A DNA stretch of 64,000 bases from Mytilus trossulus (taxonomy: Eukaryota). Under the pieces are notes generated by a model. It saw only the letters and a program-made list of their open reading frames with translations. It was not told the DNA's origin and ran no database searches. A program made the position numbers and the translations under genes. This document shows, one piece after another, positions 61,613 through 64,000 of this stretch (its first letter is position 1; the number at the start of each line of letters is the position of its first letter). The DNA is taken from the NCBI RefSeq assembly GCF_036588685.1, contig NC_086380.1, forward strand, positions 10,341,347-10,405,346, read 5' to 3'.

Positions 61613-63210
61613 ATTTACAGGTATTCCCGCTGTTATAAATTTATATCAGAGCACTCCCACTTTGGATAAATAGGTTTCATGCTACAACAAATATTCTCAC
61701 AGATATTTACACAGTCAGTGTGGTGGGGTGCTATTATGTTAAATCGTTATATACAGGATAGACTGTGATTTTAAAACACAAATGTTGATATCTTTTTATA
61801 ATATTTACACAAAAAACGGTGCAGGAAATGGACATGATTACATTTCCGGATGCTGGAAGCAGGAATAGAAAAAAATAATTTTAAATCTGTTTTGAAGAAA
61901 AAAAAGTGCGGGCGGGTCCGTTGAACAAGAAATCAAATTGGTGTGGCCTAAATATGAAATAGCAATAACTACTCAAATATATGAATAAATGGTGATATAG
62001 GATGTATATTTATAAGACTTGAACCTCAAAACACAAACAACCCAAGACATTTAGATTTAAATATACAGTCTTCAACAATAGAAAGTTGTCTTAAACATGT
62101 CAAGCTCTAGGTTTTGACAGAGTTGTTTATCATTTAATTTGATAAGAATCTTTTAAAGATTTTCAATCAACACTGAATTGTTTTTCCTTCTAGCAAAGTT
62201 TTGACATAAAAATTATGAAGTGACATGTCAGGCCATGAGTGATAGGGGCATAGAAAGACAACAAGTTTTGATATTAAAAAAACAACATATATTTATAAAT
62301 TATCTTTGATCATATCTTAATGAGATTGATTTTCTTGCTCAAGCCTGTATGTCGAGAAAAGCAATCAAGTTGAGATGACCAGTGATAATCTTTTTGTCGC
62401 TATTTTACCTATGACGAAGTTGACAGTTTCATAACATTTTCATTAGCAATGCCATGTGCCTCCTTAGTTTCTAGCTATAATTTTCCATCTCAAGGGATAT
62501 GAAAAATTATCATAAAAAAAGATCGAAGGAAAAATGCACAAAATAGCAATAATGTTGAATAATGAACTAAGAATTTGAGTTTTTTTTTTATTTTATGATC
62601 ATATCACCTGCTTTCAGATCATACAGGAACTAACATATATGATATAGAATATTTTCTTGTGGATATTGTTCATTGTAGTCCGATGTTTATGATTATATAG
62701 ATATTTGATGGCCGTTTAGTTTAAAGAGTATGTCAGCTATGTGTTACTGTAGTTGTTCATAAAGAATTGAGAATGAAAACTGGGAATGTGTCAAAGAGGC
62801 AACAACCCCATCAAAGAGCAGAAAATTAGCTGAAAGGCCACCAATGGGTCACATAACCTATAGCTAGCCTTCTTAACAGTGAGTAAATCATGCACCTAGA
62901 TGCAGGCTTCAGCTGGCCACCTTAAAAAATGTATACTAGGTTTGGCAAAAAAGGAGGTCACACTAAATGAAATATGCTTGATTTGCTGAGTGGATAGATA
63001 TTTGTTGATAATGTTCAGCATATGCTTAGTTTATGTCGGATGTTGTCTTTTTCAATTTCATGTTGCTGTGTTGTTTAAACCTACCCAGAGTTTACTAATA
63101 TTTAGAAATGAGCATTAAACAACACAAAATAGGAAAAAAAACCACTTACTTCTTACCACTCTAAGTTTTGACAGTTTTGGAAAAACCTATTGATAAAACC
63201 TTTATTACAG

Positions 63211-63298
63211 GTAATGGAAAATGTTGTAAAGTTTTGTCAGGCGAGTGGAAGTGAGAATAGTATGGACATCATGAAAACTTTCAAAGATAAGTTTCCTG
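63211..63298 (+). CDS. PARP4: Possible PARP4-like exon 29: VMENVVKFCQASGSENSMDIMKTFKDKFP(G); the gene continues beyond the window.
   Basis: Acceptor cctttattacag| and donor CCTG|GTAAGC, with an open frame. It is tentative and has no homology support. Confidence 0.4.
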
Positions 63299-63604
63299 GT
63301 AAGCTGTTTAATATCAATTACAATGACTATATATCATAATGAGGGAAAATATATTTTTTGTTTAAGGAGATGTAGTTATAGAGTTATAGTCCTTGTTTGA
63401 TTGGAAAATGAAAGTTGAAGTGAATTACATGAGAACTGTGCTAACCCAGCCACATCTATTATGTGCCTTTCCCAAGTCTAGAGCCTGTAGTTCAGCTGTT
63501 TTGGTTTGTTGCCGTGTAACATATTTGTTTTTCATCAATTGTTTTATTATAAAAAAGGCTGTTTTTTCAATTGAATTGTTTCATATTTTCATGTCAGGGC
63601 CATT

Positions 63605-63790
63605 AATAGCAGACTATATGAGGGGGGAAAGAACCTTTATCAGGACTCCGGGATCGAGTGTTTTTAAGCTCAGGATTTTGGGATTGACCCTTTCGGGATC
63701 CAGGAATTCTTTATTCGAATTTCAGGACCTCAGGATTTCGTGTGTTCAGTCTGGGATTTCAGGATCAGGACCCCTACTATCCCACCTGCT
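63605..63790 (-). repeat. Third copy of the same dispersed repeat, in reverse orientation.
   Basis: tcaggatcaggacccc / caggatttcgtgt… is the reverse complement of the 16.4-kb copy. Confidence 0.5.
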
Positions 63791-64000
63791 ATATTGTATG
63801 AGTTTTTCTCATTGTTTTAGACAGTATGGTTGCCTATAATTGCTTACATTCATTTGCAATTTGGTTAATAGTTTAGGTCGTTGCATTGACAATCACACCA
63901 CATCTCCTTACTGTAATATTTTCATGTGCTTTGAATTAAAATTTTGCATAGTAGCTGTTCTTAAACATCATGCAGAATTGAGAATGGAAATGGGACATTG

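Noticed and set aside
63393-63839. 148-aa plus-strand ORF
   Set aside because: It overlaps the TCCTGA-type dispersed repeat (reverse copy) and low-complexity sequence. It has no splice context or homology, so it is likely spurious.
1-64000. Prokaryotic defence or other novel multi-gene 'system'
   Set aside because: There is no dense co-oriented long ORF arrangement and no RBS-style spacing. The only long coding potential is a spliced PARP4-like gene plus an RT pseudogene. The window is eukaryotic, so no such system can be supported.

Overview
This window is eukaryotic nuclear DNA, not prokaryotic. It is AT-rich, has no operon-like ORF packing, and carries a long spliced gene with GT-AG introns and many interspersed repeats. 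The repeat content (satellite-carrying MITE/Helentron-like elements with ~155-bp monomers, tRNA-derived SINEs, TTAA- and TA-targeting MITEs) suggests a bivalve-mollusc-like genome. There is no CRISPR array, no rRNA, no functional tRNA gene, and no bacterial-style defence or other 'system'.

Layout:
- 1-15.3 kb: intergenic and repeat-rich. It holds GATAA-palindrome arrays, a frame-broken reverse-transcriptase remnant on the minus strand (6.0-8.3 kb), TGTTGG/CCAACA minisatellite blocks, hairpin/foldback elements with long poly-C and poly-G tracts, and a ~2.9-kb inverted-repeat-bounded region.
- 15.3 kb to the window end, plus strand: the 5' ~3/4 of a PARP4 (vault poly-ADP-ribose polymerase) orthologue. 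I traced 29 coding exons covering the BRCT, PARP catalytic, VIT and vWA domains and part of the C-terminal region (~1300 aa so far). The gene runs off the window. Exon and phase assignments were made by eye from splice consensus plus my remembered alignment to human PARP4.
- Introns: heavily colonised by transposable elements. The most conspicuous is a composite element (family A) built from a palindrome, a (CGG)n microsatellite, a 5-6x ~155-bp satellite array and a conserved tail. It is present in six copies, all in the same orientation. Copies are nested in other elements and are themselves hit by a Tc1-like MITE. One truncated copy abuts an exon acceptor.

One exon (exon 27) shows an apparent +1 frameshift.
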